From positions 33,294,001 to 33,358,000 of the forward strand of contig OZ231126.1 in NCBI GenBank assembly GCA_965153355.1: 64,000 nt of DNA, given 5' to 3'. The position numbers and the translations under genes were made by a program. Under the pieces are notes generated by a model that had not been told where the DNA came from, did no database searches, and saw nothing but the letters and a program-made list of their open reading frames with translations. The stretch comes from Flaccisagitta enflata (taxonomy: Eukaryota). This document shows, piece by piece, positions 24,233 to 37,196 of the stretch (position 1 is the first letter of the stretch; each line of letters opens with the position of its first letter).

Positions 24233-26158
24233 AACAAGGCCAACACCTATAAGTCGCGTGCGAGACATAAAAAATTGAATTGACCTGACTCCTTATTGTA
24301 TCTATGACTGAATAGGGAGAAATATAAGAAATGAATAAAATGATTTAGTTGACTAGATTGACTTAAATGAATTGATGAATAAATCAGCTTAATGAGGTAT
24401 TGGAGGCCATGGAAACCCACCCACTTTTGTAATTGAGTCAAATTAATCAACTCTATCAACCCAATCAATGAAAAATGACTAAACCAGACTGTAACCAGAC
24501 TTTAACCAGCAGACTAAACCAGCAGACTCAAACCAGCAGACTCAAACCAGCAGACTTAAACCAGCAGACTTAAACCAGCAGACTTAAACCAGCAGACTTA
24601 AACCAGCAGACTTAAACCAGCAGACTTAAACCAGCAGACTTAAACCAGCAGACTTAAACCAGCAGACTTAAACCAGCAGACTTAAACAAGCAGACTTAAA
24701 CCAGCAGACTTTAACCAGCAGACTTAAACCAGTAGACTTAAACCAGCAGACTTAAACAAGCAGACTTGAAATGACATAAATGACCAAAACATACCAAAAC
24801 ACATAAATGACCAAAACATACCAAAAAACCAAAACACCAAAAACCAAAAAACCAAAAAACCTAAAAACCAAAAAAAACAAAAAACCAAAAAAACCAAAAA
24901 CAAAAAACCAAAAAACCAAAAAACCAACACCAAAAAACAAAAACCAAAAACCAAAAAACATAAATGACCAAAACAAACAAAAAACCATGTTAAATGACCA
25001 AAAACCAAAAACCAAAAAGCCAAAAACCAAAAAAAAAAAAAAAAACCAAAAACCAAAAACCAAAAACAAAAAACATAAATGACCAAAAAACCAAAAAACA
25101 AAAAACTAAAAATCAAAAAACATAAATGACCAAAAAACCAAAGACCTAAAACCAAAAACCAAAAACCAAAAAACCAAAAAACTAGGAACCAAAAACCAAA
25201 AACCAGAAAACCAAAAAACCAAAACCTAAAAAACTAAAGAAAAACAAAAACCAAAAACCAAAAACCAAAAACCAAAAACCAAAAACCAACAACCAAAAAC
25301 CAAAAACCAAAAACCAAAAACCAAAAGCATAAATGACCAAAATATACCAAAAAACCATGTTAAAGGACTGAAAACAAAAAAAACAAAAAACAAAAAACAA
25401 AAAACAAAAAACAAAAAACAAAAAACAAAAAACAAAAAACAAAAAACAAAAAACAAAAAACCAAAAAACCAAAAAACGTAAATGAAAAAAACATACTGAA
25501 AAGCCATGTTTAATGACCAAAAATGACCAAAAGACCAAAAGACCAAAAAACCAAAAAACAAAAAAACAAAAAACCAAAAAAACCAAAAACATTAATGACC
25601 AAAACATACCAAAAAACCATGTTGAATGACCAAAAAACAAAAAACCAAAAACCAAAAACCAAAAACCAAAAACCAAAAACCAAAAAACCAAAAAACTAAA
25701 AAACTAAAAAACTAAAAAACCAAAAAACCAAAAAAACCAAAAAACCAAAAAACCAAAAAACCAAAAAACAAGAAATAAAAACCAAAAAACAAAAAACCAT
25801 AAATGACCAAAACATACCAAAAAACCATGTTAAATGACCAAAAATGACCTGAAATGTCCCAAAATGACTTAAATGACTTAAATGACTTAAATGCCCAAAA
25901 ATGACACAAATGACTTAAATGAACAAAGTGACATAAATGATCAAAAATGACCAAAAATGACTAAAACCGACCAAAAATGACTAAAACCAACCAAAAATGA
26001 CCAAAAACAAAAAAGAATGACTCAAAATAACTCCAGATGACCCAAAATGACCAAAAACGACGCAAAAAAGCTAAGTGTTACGGACTGACCGACCAACGGA
26101 CGGACCGACCGACCGACCGACGGAGCAGGTTGTAGAATCGCGTGCACGCGACTAAAAA
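24233..26158 (-). mobile_element. Large Helentron-like element carrying a 14-bp satellite and AAAAACC-rich arrays (copy 1)
   Basis: 5' TTTTTAGTCGCGTGCACGCGA, (GGTC)n and 3' CGCACGCGACTTATAGGTGTTGGCCTTGTT. (AACCAGCAGACTTA)n lies at ~24478-24768. Confidence 0.85.
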
Positions 26159-26666
26159 CGTTTTTCAGTTTCAGTAGCTAGATCTGCAATTAGGTACCGG
26201 AAGCAGATGCAGAAAGGTAAACTCTATCTCCATCAAACACAACATGATGGTTCCTCGGTCTACTTACAAGTGGTCACTAGTTTCCTTTCTTTTCATACCT
26301 CTGAGTTCTTTTTTTTTTCGTTTTTCAATTTCAAATTTCGTGTATCAGTCATTGCAGGACGCTGTCATGACCTTCCCTGTCCGCAAAGATATTGTTACCG
26401 CTTTACTTGTTGTTATCTTTGCTGTATCTTTTCTTTTTTCGTTGCGAGCTACGCAAATCTATAAGTTGCTATGTTTAATGGTCCAAGGTCATTCTTATGG
26501 TAACGATGGACTTGCATTACTGCTTCCAACCAAATGCCACCCGCACACTACTTGGTTAGCCGGTTATCCGGCCTTGATTGATCCTTTTATTCGCTTTTTT
26601 TCCTTTTCCTTATTGCCCGTGATATTCTCATCTTCTCATTAATTTCATCTTGATGTTCCCCCTTTA

Positions 26667-27261
26667 CTATCTAGAACATATGTATATCGACAGGCATTTA
26701 AAGCAATAACTCTATAAAGAATAAAAAAATTACATAAAAATCAGTGAGATTCGGAAACTACTTCGAATTTCTGACCAAATGGCGCAAATCGCATCCTTTT
26801 AGCTCAAGCCGTTTAGAAATGACAAGCAAAACAAAATTGATACTCCAATCAAAAAATATGGAAAAATTGCATCTAGTTTCTTTACAAGTCACTAAATCTC
26901 TTTTCAGATAGATTGGAGGTTTTTTCCACCCTATTTTTGGTCCTCATTACAGCGCCCAACACCTTTGTTGCATTTTCTTGATTGATTTCAACCTCTCTTA
27001 GTCATTAGGATTGCAACTGAAGCAAAAGGGAGAACATAGCATACACTTGGGAATTTTTTTGAATAAGATTTTATGAGGGAGAGTAATCATGCATTTATTC
27101 TCAGCATTTTTGTAAAAATGCTTAGAAAATCTATATAGTTTGTTGTTGAACGCCAAAGATGTAATATTAAGTATCTATCATATTTTGGAGGTTTTTTTAT
27201 GATTCCCATACTGATAGATTATTCAATCCCTATACTGTCGATATACTTATGTTCTAGATAG
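26667..27261. mobile_element. MITE, TA TSD
   Basis: TIR CTATCTAGAACATA.GTATATCGACAG at both ends, flanked by TA. Confidence 0.85.
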
Positions 27262-27287
27262 TATCACTGATTCATTCTCTTCATTGC

Positions 27288-28013
27288 TTTTTGGGCAGCG
27301 GCCCCGAAGGGGACAAAGTCCTGTAGAACACAGGGGGACTTTCGTTCGTCCGTTCGTTAGTTCGTCCGTCCCCCCCCCCTTCATCAGGCCTCTCAGTCCC
27401 CAAATCCAGCCTCTCAGGCCTCAAATCCAGCCTCTCAGTCCTCAAATCCAGCCTCTTAGACCTCAAATCCGGCCTCTCAGGCCTCAAAGCTGGCCTCCCA
27501 GGCCTCGAATTTGGCCTCCCAGGCCTCAAATCTGGCCTCCCGGGCCTCAAATATGGCCTCTCAGGCCTCAAATTTGGCCTCTCAGACCTCAAATTTGGCC
27601 TCTCAGGCTTCAAATCTGGCCTCTCAGGCCTCAAACCTGGCTTCTCAGGCTTTAAATTAAGCCTCTAGGCCTCAAATTTGGCCTCTCTGCCTCATATTTG
27701 ACCTCTCAGGCCTTAAATCAGCCATCTAAACCTCAATTTGTTGCTCTCAGGCTTCAGATCAGTCCTCTCAAGCTTCCAATTGGCATTTTCAGGCCTTATT
27801 TGAGCCTTCTAAGACCTCAGTTTAGGCTCTTGAATGCCTTGAGTCAGTCCTCTAAAGCATCTCATTCACTAGGACGAATGAAAGTCCCCCTGTGTTCTAC
27901 AGGACTTCGTCCCCTTCGGGGCCGCTGCCCTGCTTCCCCTCACTCCAATTCACAATCACTCAAAGCAGGGCAACGGGTATCGCTGACCAAATATTGCCCT
28001 TGGGCGACCTGTT
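27288..28013 (+). mobile_element. Asymmetric inverted-repeat element with an internal 21-bp tandem array (Helentron-like)
   Basis: A ~60-bp IR GGGCAGCGGCCCCGAAGGGGAC... (27293-27352 vs 27871-27930) encloses (GGCCTCTCAGGCCTCAAATCT)n. An ~80-bp tail lies outside the IR. Confidence 0.85.
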
Positions 28014-28264
28014 AGTCGCTCTGTCCATTGGTCGGTCGGTCGCGTTGGTCGGTCGGTCCGTCAGTCTGTCACACTTAGCTTTCGTTAGCTTTTTTTGGTT
28101 GTTGTTGTACGTTATTTTAAGTCATTTAAAGTTATTTCAAGTCATTTTAAGTTATTTCCAGACGATTTACATTTTGTCTTTTAGTCTTTTGGTCTTTTAG
28201 TCTTTTAGTCTTTTTCTCTTATGGTCTTAACAACCGCACGCGACTGTAAGGTGTTGGCCTTGTT
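28013..28264 (+). mobile_element. Short member of the 24233/52271 family
   Basis: Same 3' end CGCACGCGACTGTAAGGTGTTGGCCTTGTT and the same AAGTCATTT / TTTTGGTC subrepeats in miniature. Confidence 0.7.
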
Positions 28265-28894
28265 CTGTCATTCTCGGCAATTTGATCATCAGTCGGAACT
28301 TCGCGGGGGCAATATCGTGTCGATGACCATTGAACAAAAAAGAAACAGAAATTTTTCGTATACATTTGAGCACTCATGCATTACTGCAATGGCATTATGG
28401 CAATGCCTTTGCCCATCCTCACGTATAAAATTCGTTGATCAGACCATGTGAATATAACTGATGATCCCACCCACGGCTGAAAGCAGGTTCCGACTGAGCG
28501 GACCCGAATAATGACTAAGAATTATATATATGACATTTATTCACACAAAGAGTGTAGCACAGAGGAAGAAATTGCGATCATTGAGGCCAAACGAAAATAT
28601 CAAAATACAGAGCAGCATGTTAAATCGGAAATCGACTTATATTGGACAGAATATGTACCTTGGCACAGACGTTCATTAGACAGATTATGTACCGTTGCTT
28701 TATGACGGTATCATGAGTACCACAGTCCGTATTCATACTATCTTTATACCCATAACTGTTATAGCCATATATGACAGATGAGGCTATACTTCGACGCTCA
28801 TCGAGGCTATTCTTCGCGTGAGAAATGAGCGCAATCCTTGCTGGACAGATGAGCGATGAAAACGAGACTCAAACTGTTGTAGAATTTCTATATG

Positions 28895-29670
28895 TTTCAT
28901 CCCAGCTGCCCTCACAAGCCCTTACCCTGGCCGGAGATTCATCCCAGCTTCCCTCCCGACCGTTACATCTGCCCGTGACTCATTCCAGCTGCTCTACCCG
29001 GCCCTTGCTTCTGCCCACGACTCATCCCAGCTGCCCTCTCCGACCCTTCCTTCTGCCCGTGATTCATCCCAGCTTCCCTCCCCGAGCCTTGCCTCTGCCC
29101 ACAACTCATCCCGGCTTCCCTCCCCGAGCCTTGCTTCTGTCCACAACTCATCCCAGCTTCCCTCCCTGAGCCTTGCTTCTGCCCACGTCTCATCCCAGCT
29201 TCCCTCCCCAAGCCTTTCTTCTGCCCACGACTCATCCCAGCTTCCCTCCCTGAGCCTTGCTTCTGCCCACGACTCATCCCAGCTTCCCTCCCCGAGCCTT
29301 GCTTCTGGCCACGACTCATCCCAGCTTCCCTCCCTGAGCCTTGCTTCTGCCCACGACTCATCCCAGTTTCCCTCCCCGAGCCTTGCTTCTGCCCACAACT
29401 CATCCCAACTTCCCTCCCTGACCCTTACTTCTTCCCACAACTCATCCCAGCTTCCCTCCCCTAGCCTTGCTTCTGCCCAAGACTCATCCCAGCTTTCCTC
29501 ACGGAGCCTTGCTTCTGCCCATGATTCATCCCAGCTCCCCTCCCTGAGCCTTGCTTCTGCCCACAACTCATCCCAGCTTCCCTCCCCAAGCCTTGCTTCT
29601 GCCCACAACTCATCCCAGCTTCCCTCCCCAAGCCTTGATTCTGTCCAGGACTCATCCCAGCTTCCCTAGC
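28895..29670. repeat. 42-bp minisatellite, about 18 copies
   Basis: Unit GACTCATCCCAGCTTCCCTCCCCGAGCCTTGCTTCTGCCCAC, seen as 14-aa periodicity in the ORF track. Confidence 0.92.
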
Positions 29671-29976
29671 CGGCCCCAACTCTTCCTTGATTTATCCCAG
29701 TTCAGTAAGTGCCCTCACATTTAGATAATTCCTCTATGGTGCCTTCCCCATCCCTCACTCTTTCTCAATTCATCTCACTTTCTCAGCTATCCTCCTTACC
29801 CTCGTTCCTGCCCTCGGCTTTAGAAAACATGACCTTCTTTTTTTTCGAGGCCCCACTCTGGACTCTCTTTTTCTTTCACCCTTTTGGGGGAAGAATCAAT
29901 TTGTTGGTGATGAAACCGAGTGGAAGTAGTAGATAGGAATTGATGATCGAGAGGAAAGAGGGGATCTGATAGATTG

Positions 29977-30067
<91 letters not shown>

Positions 30068-30986
30068 GGAAAAGAAGTAGATCACTCCAGTGAGACTGTA
30101 GGCAGGAGTGTCAAAGAAAAGTGGAACAGCGAAAAATTGACAAAAGCGACGAATGTTTGGACCACAGAACAAAGACAAGGACAAAGACAAGGAAGTGCCG
30201 AATGACGATGGGATAACCCCCCCCTCCTCCCCGAAAAAAAAGATAAAAAACACGAAGTAGAAAATGGATAAGGAAGAATGAACGCAAAAGACTATTAAGT
30301 ACCACGCGCAACAATAAAAAAAAAACGACCGCATTTTCAATTACCATTTCTTTTTAGCTATTTTTCCATTGATTGCGGGTAAAATGGCTTGCACCATTGA
30401 GAAGCACATTTTCAGGATCAAAAAGCCGTTGGAGTGCTCAGGCATGCTGAAAACTATCAAGGCCGGATGGATGAACAGGCATAAAGACAACTTGAGTTTC
30501 TAACAGTACAGTCAAAGGAACCTCTCTAAGCATTTAAATTGATCAGAGTTTATTTGGTTGAGACCTCAAGTTAAGACGGTCGGAAAGTGGGATACCTTGA
30601 TCTGGTGGCAAACAATGGTAAAGCTTGGCATTTGATATAGAATTAGGTTAAAGAATTGATTGCGGGGATAACGTTTGCGCATCAAGCTACATTAGTTTTC
30701 TTTCCGATTATGTTTTGCTACTGAATTGACGGGTGAATTGATGGGTGATTATGAACAATACGTTGCTTTAGTGTTTCGATTTGTTTCTAACCGAAAGCGT
30801 AGAAAGATCCCTCCATGGCTTGAGGTCGCTCGAAAACAGAGCCGAACCGCGTCCAGGGCCGCAGCTTGCAAGTGAGAAGTCATCAGTGATGCATGAAGAT
30901 AGGAAACGAGCCCCGGTTATACTAATAGTTGATAGCATTACCCTCTTTCGATCCACTGAGGATGAGGCAATGACAACAAATGTGGT

Positions 30987-31098
<112 letters not shown>

Positions 31099-31900
31099 AT
31101 AGGCGGACAGATACAGAGAGACAGACTGACACACAGACAGACAATGGAATGGGTCAAATCAGAAACGCGAACGAACTTTAAGTTAAACGTTGAACTAACT
31201 CATGCAAATTTTAAAGAAAATGAAGCATAAGGCGGGGAAAGATTGACAGAGGATCAGGCCAAAAGAGATAGAAATTTGGCAATAATTCAGTCCTGAGAAG
31301 GATTCACACTAGACAACCCAAAGGGGGGGAAGCGCCTGAGAGCTAAATTATTCCAGTGGCCTGATGTCTAAAAATGATTTTAGCCTGAGTTCTAAAAAAA
31401 AGATTGAGACATGAGGCTGATTTGAACAAAAAAGTTTGGCATGGTTTGAGAATCTAAATGCGCCTAACAGTTAAAAAGAGAGCGCCCGATGTCTAAAAAG
31501 AAGAAGACAGAGAGAAACAAACAGAAAGAAAGAGAAAAAGAGATAGATGAATTGATGGACCAAGATACCAATAGACCAACAGACGGACAAGGTTTCTGAT
31601 TGAGTCACTGGTCTGTGTTAAGAAGATATAAGAATAGGAATGAGCAATAGATGATATAGCATGCACAATTAATGGTAACTGCTAAAAAAGAAAATTTAAA
31701 AGAAATTTGAAGTAAAATATACAAATTACTGTTTATTGATGTACTGGAAAACTGCTAGAGCGCTCCCGCTTTTATGACATGCTTAACTACAAGGCATACA
31801 AATTGCTGTCCCATGAAAGATTTTATATTTCTTTTATAATGGAAACAAAGCAGGTTCACCAAAATGACAAACCAGTGAAACCCAACCATACTATAAATCG

Positions 31901-32019
<119 letters not shown>

Positions 32020-32248
32020 CGTCGAACTGGGAGAGAAAGAAGGCGTCGGCGGGATTTCCTACATTTTCATGCCTTTCTAATCTTCTATTAACCCTTTTCT
32101 AGGTTCCTACCCTACTTCGTGTACATTTAGGCCAAGCGAGCTCCTCTTTTCTGAAGAATCGTCGCGCCATTGTAATTTGTATTGCGCGCTTTGAATTGCG
32201 TTTTTCGTTGACTGTCTGTTTTTTTTTCTGTATGTCTCTGTCTGTGTA

Positions 32249-32686
32249 CAGTACCATAGGAGCAATGAGAACCTCAGATGGAGGGTCATTTCCTTCTTCA
32301 CTATTCTAATGAACTAGCTTCAATTATGGTTTTTCTGAAAGCTGATGAGCAAGAGCTTTGAGTGTATATAGTTTTATTCCTATAGCTCTAACTGTTGACC
32401 AAAAAGAAAAAAAAGCAGCACCTCTCGGGATTTGAACCTGTGACACTGAAGAGAGAGAAGTTTACTTTCCGAAATTCATCACTCTATAAACAGAGCTATC
32501 GCGCCACATGCAATGTTTATATATCGATTAGCGGTTTTGTTATAAATCACTTGGTTTGGAATTTTGTGTTCACTCAATACCTTGGACCATCAGCTTTCAG
32601 AAAAACCAAAGCTTTAAGTTCTTCCTTTAAACAGTGAGAATACAGAGGGCCCTCTTTCTACTGCTCTTAGTGTTCCCATCGTACTG
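32249..32686. mobile_element. MITE with TA TSD and long imperfect TIRs, containing a tRNA-like centre
   Basis: TA-CAGTAC...GTACTG-TA. The arms include GGTTTTTCTGAAAGCTGATG / CATCAGCTTTCAGAAAAACC. Confidence 0.8.
32401..32506 (-). promoter_or_regulatory. tRNA-like Pol III internal promoter (A box, B box, T-run terminator)
   Basis: Minus strand reads GGCGCGATAGCTCTGTTTATAGAG...GGTTCAAATCC...GGTGCTGC-TTTTTTTT. Confidence 0.55.
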
Positions 32687-32933
32687 TATGTCTGTCTGTT
32701 TCTGTCTCTGTCTCTGTCCTAGTCTCTCTCTCTCTCTCTCTCTTTTTCTCTCTCTCTCTCTTCTCTCTATCTGTCTATTTTCCACATAGTGAAAGGGTTG
32801 GATGATGGTAAATCCTTAGGGAATCGGTACAAGGATGTAATTTGAAGGCAGCAAGGAAGTAATAACATGTAAACGTGGCTCTTTGTCTGGGCATCTCTCT
32901 GTCAAAGGGCCTACATCACCTCGCCAACTAATC

Positions 32934-33031
<98 letters not shown>

Positions 33032-33138
33032 CAGCAATATGAAAATTCAACATGATGGAAGACGTTTAACTCGTTTTATTCAAGATGGGTGTGTCCCAGG
33101 AAAGCAGTGAGTTTGTAAATGACGCCACAAGAAAGGTA

Positions 33139-33742
33139 CTACCCGAATTAAAAAAAACGCAAGTTTTTCATAGGATTGTTCAGATTGGACTATATTTCAC
33201 TAATGAACGGCATTTTGAGGGCAAGTTAGGTTTTTTAGAGCTTCTGTCCATCAAATTTGAGAGTTTTAGTCAATTGAATTCAGTAACTGATGAGAAAAAG
33301 CCGCGCAAAAGCAGGAGGTATTTTGGAGAAAAAAAATAATGGTATTGGGAAATATCCATGATGATTTTGGATATTTTATCACACTTACCCGCTACAAGTG
33401 CTTGATTTTTCATGGCAGACATTGGGTAACTTTCATATGAGCACCATGATTGGTGACAAAATGAGCATAAATGCTCAAATGGTTACAAAAACGACAACCA
33501 TAGAGAAATAATATTCAATTAGAAATGGCCTCTTTCTCCTCCAACTGCGAAATGAAATTTTGACTTACTCACCTTCATTTGAATGTAACTTCTAAACGAA
33601 TAAAGCTACAAATGTGGGATTGCGCTCAAAAGAAAGCCCTTGAAAAAAGCTTCAATTTGGTCACCAAGAAATTGTTTCTAAAGTTAGCCAAAGGCGCGTA
33701 AATTGGCATAGAAAAAACTTGCGTTTTTTTTAATTCTGGTAG
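33139..33742 (+). mobile_element. 604-bp MITE, TA TSD (copy 1)
   Basis: TIR CTACC(C/A)GAATTAAAAAAAACGCAAGTTTTT, flanked by TA. Confidence 0.93.
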
Positions 33743-33798
33743 TATGGTTAACAACTACTCGAGGTATTATCATACTTAACACGTATGGTTAACAGCTA

Positions 33799-34562
33799 CC
33801 CTGCTTTCAAAAGCGAGTGTTACCAGCAAAATCTTTATTGCGCCTAAAGTATTCATTTTTAGAAATTCAGATTGGATTTGCTTAAAAGCACATGACCTAC
33901 CATTTTTTCATGCAAAATTTCATAGGACTGGCTTGAGCGGTTTGGCTACAACATGATTTTGAATGAAAACGTGGGAAACCCCATGAGAGGATTTCTCAGA
34001 AAAAGATTAACTGATACTTTTTCTTAAAACCAATCTCATTTCTCAACGAATCAGGTAAAGATAGCCGGAATGGTCTTGAATGAAGGATATTAATCTCTGC
34101 TTATATATGTTTTCAGAAAATGACCAATTCATTGAAATCTATCTGAAAAAAATCAGTTTTTCCTTGATTTTTTGAAGTTTGAGCAAATTTCAAATAACAT
34201 CACCCATGTTTCAGCGCCAATATTTCTCATTCAAAGGTGAAAAACTAAAATGATACAACAAAAGGGTCAATTATTGACCATTTATGACTTATTTGATCAT
34301 TTCAGCTCAAAATTTACCAGGTTTATTAAGGTTCAAAGATGCAAAAATACCGAAAAATGCAATTTTTCAACCAAATTTGCTAAAATTTTCATCAAATTTC
34401 TAAAACATGTGGACGACTAACCGCTGGACCCAGTATCATGAAATTTTGCATGAAATAATGGTAGGTTATTTGCTTTTTGGCAAATCCAATCTGAATATCC
34501 AAAAATAAATACTTAAGCCGCAATAAAGATTTTGCTGGTAACACTTGCTTTTGAAAGCAGGG
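33799..34562. mobile_element. 764-bp MITE, TA TSD, long TIRs
   Basis: CCCTGCTTTCAAAAGC.AGTGTTACCAGCAAAATCTTTATTGCG at both ends in inverted orientation. Pairing extends ~130 bp or more. Confidence 0.9.
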
Positions 34563-34998
34563 TATTCATTTGGGTACGATCTAGTGCTTACATAGGCAAT
34601 ATCTTCTATGAAAATACAGCCCATTGTAAACGTGTGTGTCGTGTAAAATATTCAGCCTTTGCGATCGGCGGTTCTTTTCTCTACAAGAGGCTTTGTCCGT
34701 CCGTCCGTCCGTCCGTTCGTCCGTCCGTCAGCACGAGTCGAAAAGTGGGAAAACGCGCATTTCCGCCCCTACCCACCCGTCCGCAACTGATGGCCGTGTA
34801 TCCGGCCTTGTTTTTTTAAATGCTGTGGGAAAAATAACTTGGTTAAACTTCTCATGAGTGTCATGGATATGAAAAACACTTTTTAACACATTTTTTCCGT
34901 CCCTAGGATTTTTTTTTTGCATAATTATGAAATGGGGTGAAAACCATGCTATTTATTTTTTTTTTCTTTTGTTCAGTTCAGAAAACTTCAGATGACGG

Positions 34999-35132
<134 letters not shown>

Positions 35133-35937
35133 ATTTAAAAATCTAATTTGCATCTCTTCAGCCGTGCTTGAATGAATTTTAATCTGAAACGATTGTGGAA
35201 ATTCGCGGTTTTGATGACGTTGACGTTCTTGCTTTGCAGACGAATAGACATCAGACAGGCCCACATACAAACAATAAAATGATTACAGAGGGTAGAACAA
35301 ACGGAGAATGACAGATTATGAAGAAGAAAAAAAACCTTAGTTGAAAAAAAATAAAGAAAAAAATATTCACATAATAAAGAACAAACAGTCAAACAAAAAT
35401 AAATAAAAAAAAAAACAAACAAAAAACATAGCAGCAACTGGACAATAATCAATAACAACCATGGACCCATGACCACAACCACAAATTTCGTCTCGCGTTC
35501 GGCACTGTGAATTCATTTCCCCACCAACCCCAATTCATATCCATCTGCATCTCCCAGCCCGGTGGCTAAGTAGTTCTCCCCCTTCCATTCTTTTCTCTCT
35601 ATTCCCTTCTCATATCATCTCCTTCAAACCATCTTCTCCCATCTTTCCCCTCTCTATTCCTTACCTTTCCTTACATTTTGTCATCTGTCTCTTCTTCCCC
35701 TTCCCTTATTTTCTTCCCTCAACATCTCTTTTTCCTCTTCCCCCTTCTCCCCCTCTATTCTCTCCCCGCTTCTACCTTCTCACATTTTCCCTTTCCTCCC
35801 TCCTATTTTAATCCCTCTTCATCTCTTCCCCCCCTCTTTTCCCTCTTCCTACTTCCTCTTCCCTTTCTAACCTCTCCCCCTCTATTCTTTCCCCCCTCCT
35901 ACCTTTTCTCATATTCCCCTTCTTCTCCATCTTCCCC

Positions 35938-36476
35938 TTTTGGGCAGCGGCCCCGAAGGGGCCGATGATCTATGCTTTCACACATAGGACAAATTTCTCC
36001 TTCTCCTCCTTCTTCTCCTCCGTCCGTCCCCACCCTTCCGAGGTTCAAACCCCAGCCTCGAGGCTCAAATACCAGCCTCGAGGCTCAAATTCCAGCCTCG
36101 AGGCTCAAATTCCAGCCTTAAGGCTCATACTCTAACCTCAAGGCTCAAATCCCAGCCTTGAAGCTCAAATCCCAGCCTTGAGGCTCTAATCCCAGCCTTG
36201 AGGCTCAAATCCCAGCCTTGGGACTCAAATCACAGTCTTGAGACTCAAATCCCAGCCTTGAAGCTCAAATCCCAGCCTCAAAGCTCAAATCCCAACCTTG
36301 AGGCTCAAATCCAAACCTTGAGGCTCAAATCCCAACCTTGAGGCACAAATCCCAACCTTGAGGCTCAAATCGCAGATTCAAGGCTCAAATCCTGCTGCCC
36401 CTCTAACTATCACACTCACATACACAAACACAGGGGCAACGGGTACCGCTGACCATCTAACGCTTTTGCGACTATC
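35938..36476 (+). mobile_element. Relative of the 27288 family with a 20-bp tandem array
   Basis: Starts TTTTGGGCAGCGGCCCCGAAGGGGCC, contains (CCCAGCCTTGAGGCTCAAAT)n and has the tail GGGCAACGGGTACCGCTGACC. Confidence 0.78.
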
Positions 36477-37051
36477 ATTTTTCCCTCTAACCCCTTTTTC
36501 CCGGCCCCCGCTCTATTCTTTTCCTTCTACCCTTTCTCATCTGTCCCTTCTCCCCCTCCATTGTTTTCCCTCATCGCTCCTTCTTTCTATTCTCCTTCTT
36601 ACCCTTCCCCCTCTTCCACCCTTTCACATTTTCCCCTTCTTCCCATTCTTCCCCCAGTCCCCCTCCCGATTTATTTCCGCTCCTCACCACTTTTTCCTCA
36701 TTTCCCTTTCCCTTATATATGGACTCTTCATGAAGACATCTCGTTGTAACGTATTCACCGGAAATGTTCATCTCATTCCTTATCTGTTAATGAGGATTCA
36801 CGTTGAAAACTCCTGGGGCGTCTACAACTGTAAGAGGGCGCGGCCGCGGTGGCAACACCGGCGGAGGTAGCAGCACCGGCGGCGGCGGAAATGTGCAGCA
36901 CCGGCGCCGGCGTGGTTAGCGGCGCCGCTGAGGATTGCCTCTTGCCTCTTGGCTCTTGGCTCTTGCCTTCGCCAGACTGCATTTCAGCAAGAATGAATGA
37001 TAGTTTCGTCGTCGCAGAGGTTGTTTCCACCATGGCGCAGTGGCGCTGTGG

Positions 37052-37164
<113 letters not shown>

Positions 37165-37196
37165 AGAAGAACAAGAACAAGAACAAGAAGGAGAAG

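Noticed and set aside
24478-24768. 14-bp array (and the 21-, 20- and 42-bp arrays) as CRISPR-like
   Set aside because: The units are directly adjacent with no unique spacers, there are no cas genes, and the context is eukaryotic TE sequence.
24780-25800. AAAAACC-rich tract as an interstitial telomere
   Set aside because: The unit is irregular and the tract is enclosed by the termini of a dispersed element present twice in the window.
28455-28500. CTGATGA...GAAA hammerhead-like core
   Set aside because: Stem II is poor and there is no stem I complement around the putative cleavage site.
32415-32506. A true tRNA gene
   Set aside because: The D-loop GG is missing, the anticodon arm is not recognisable and the acceptor stem is weak. 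Kept only as tRNA-like.
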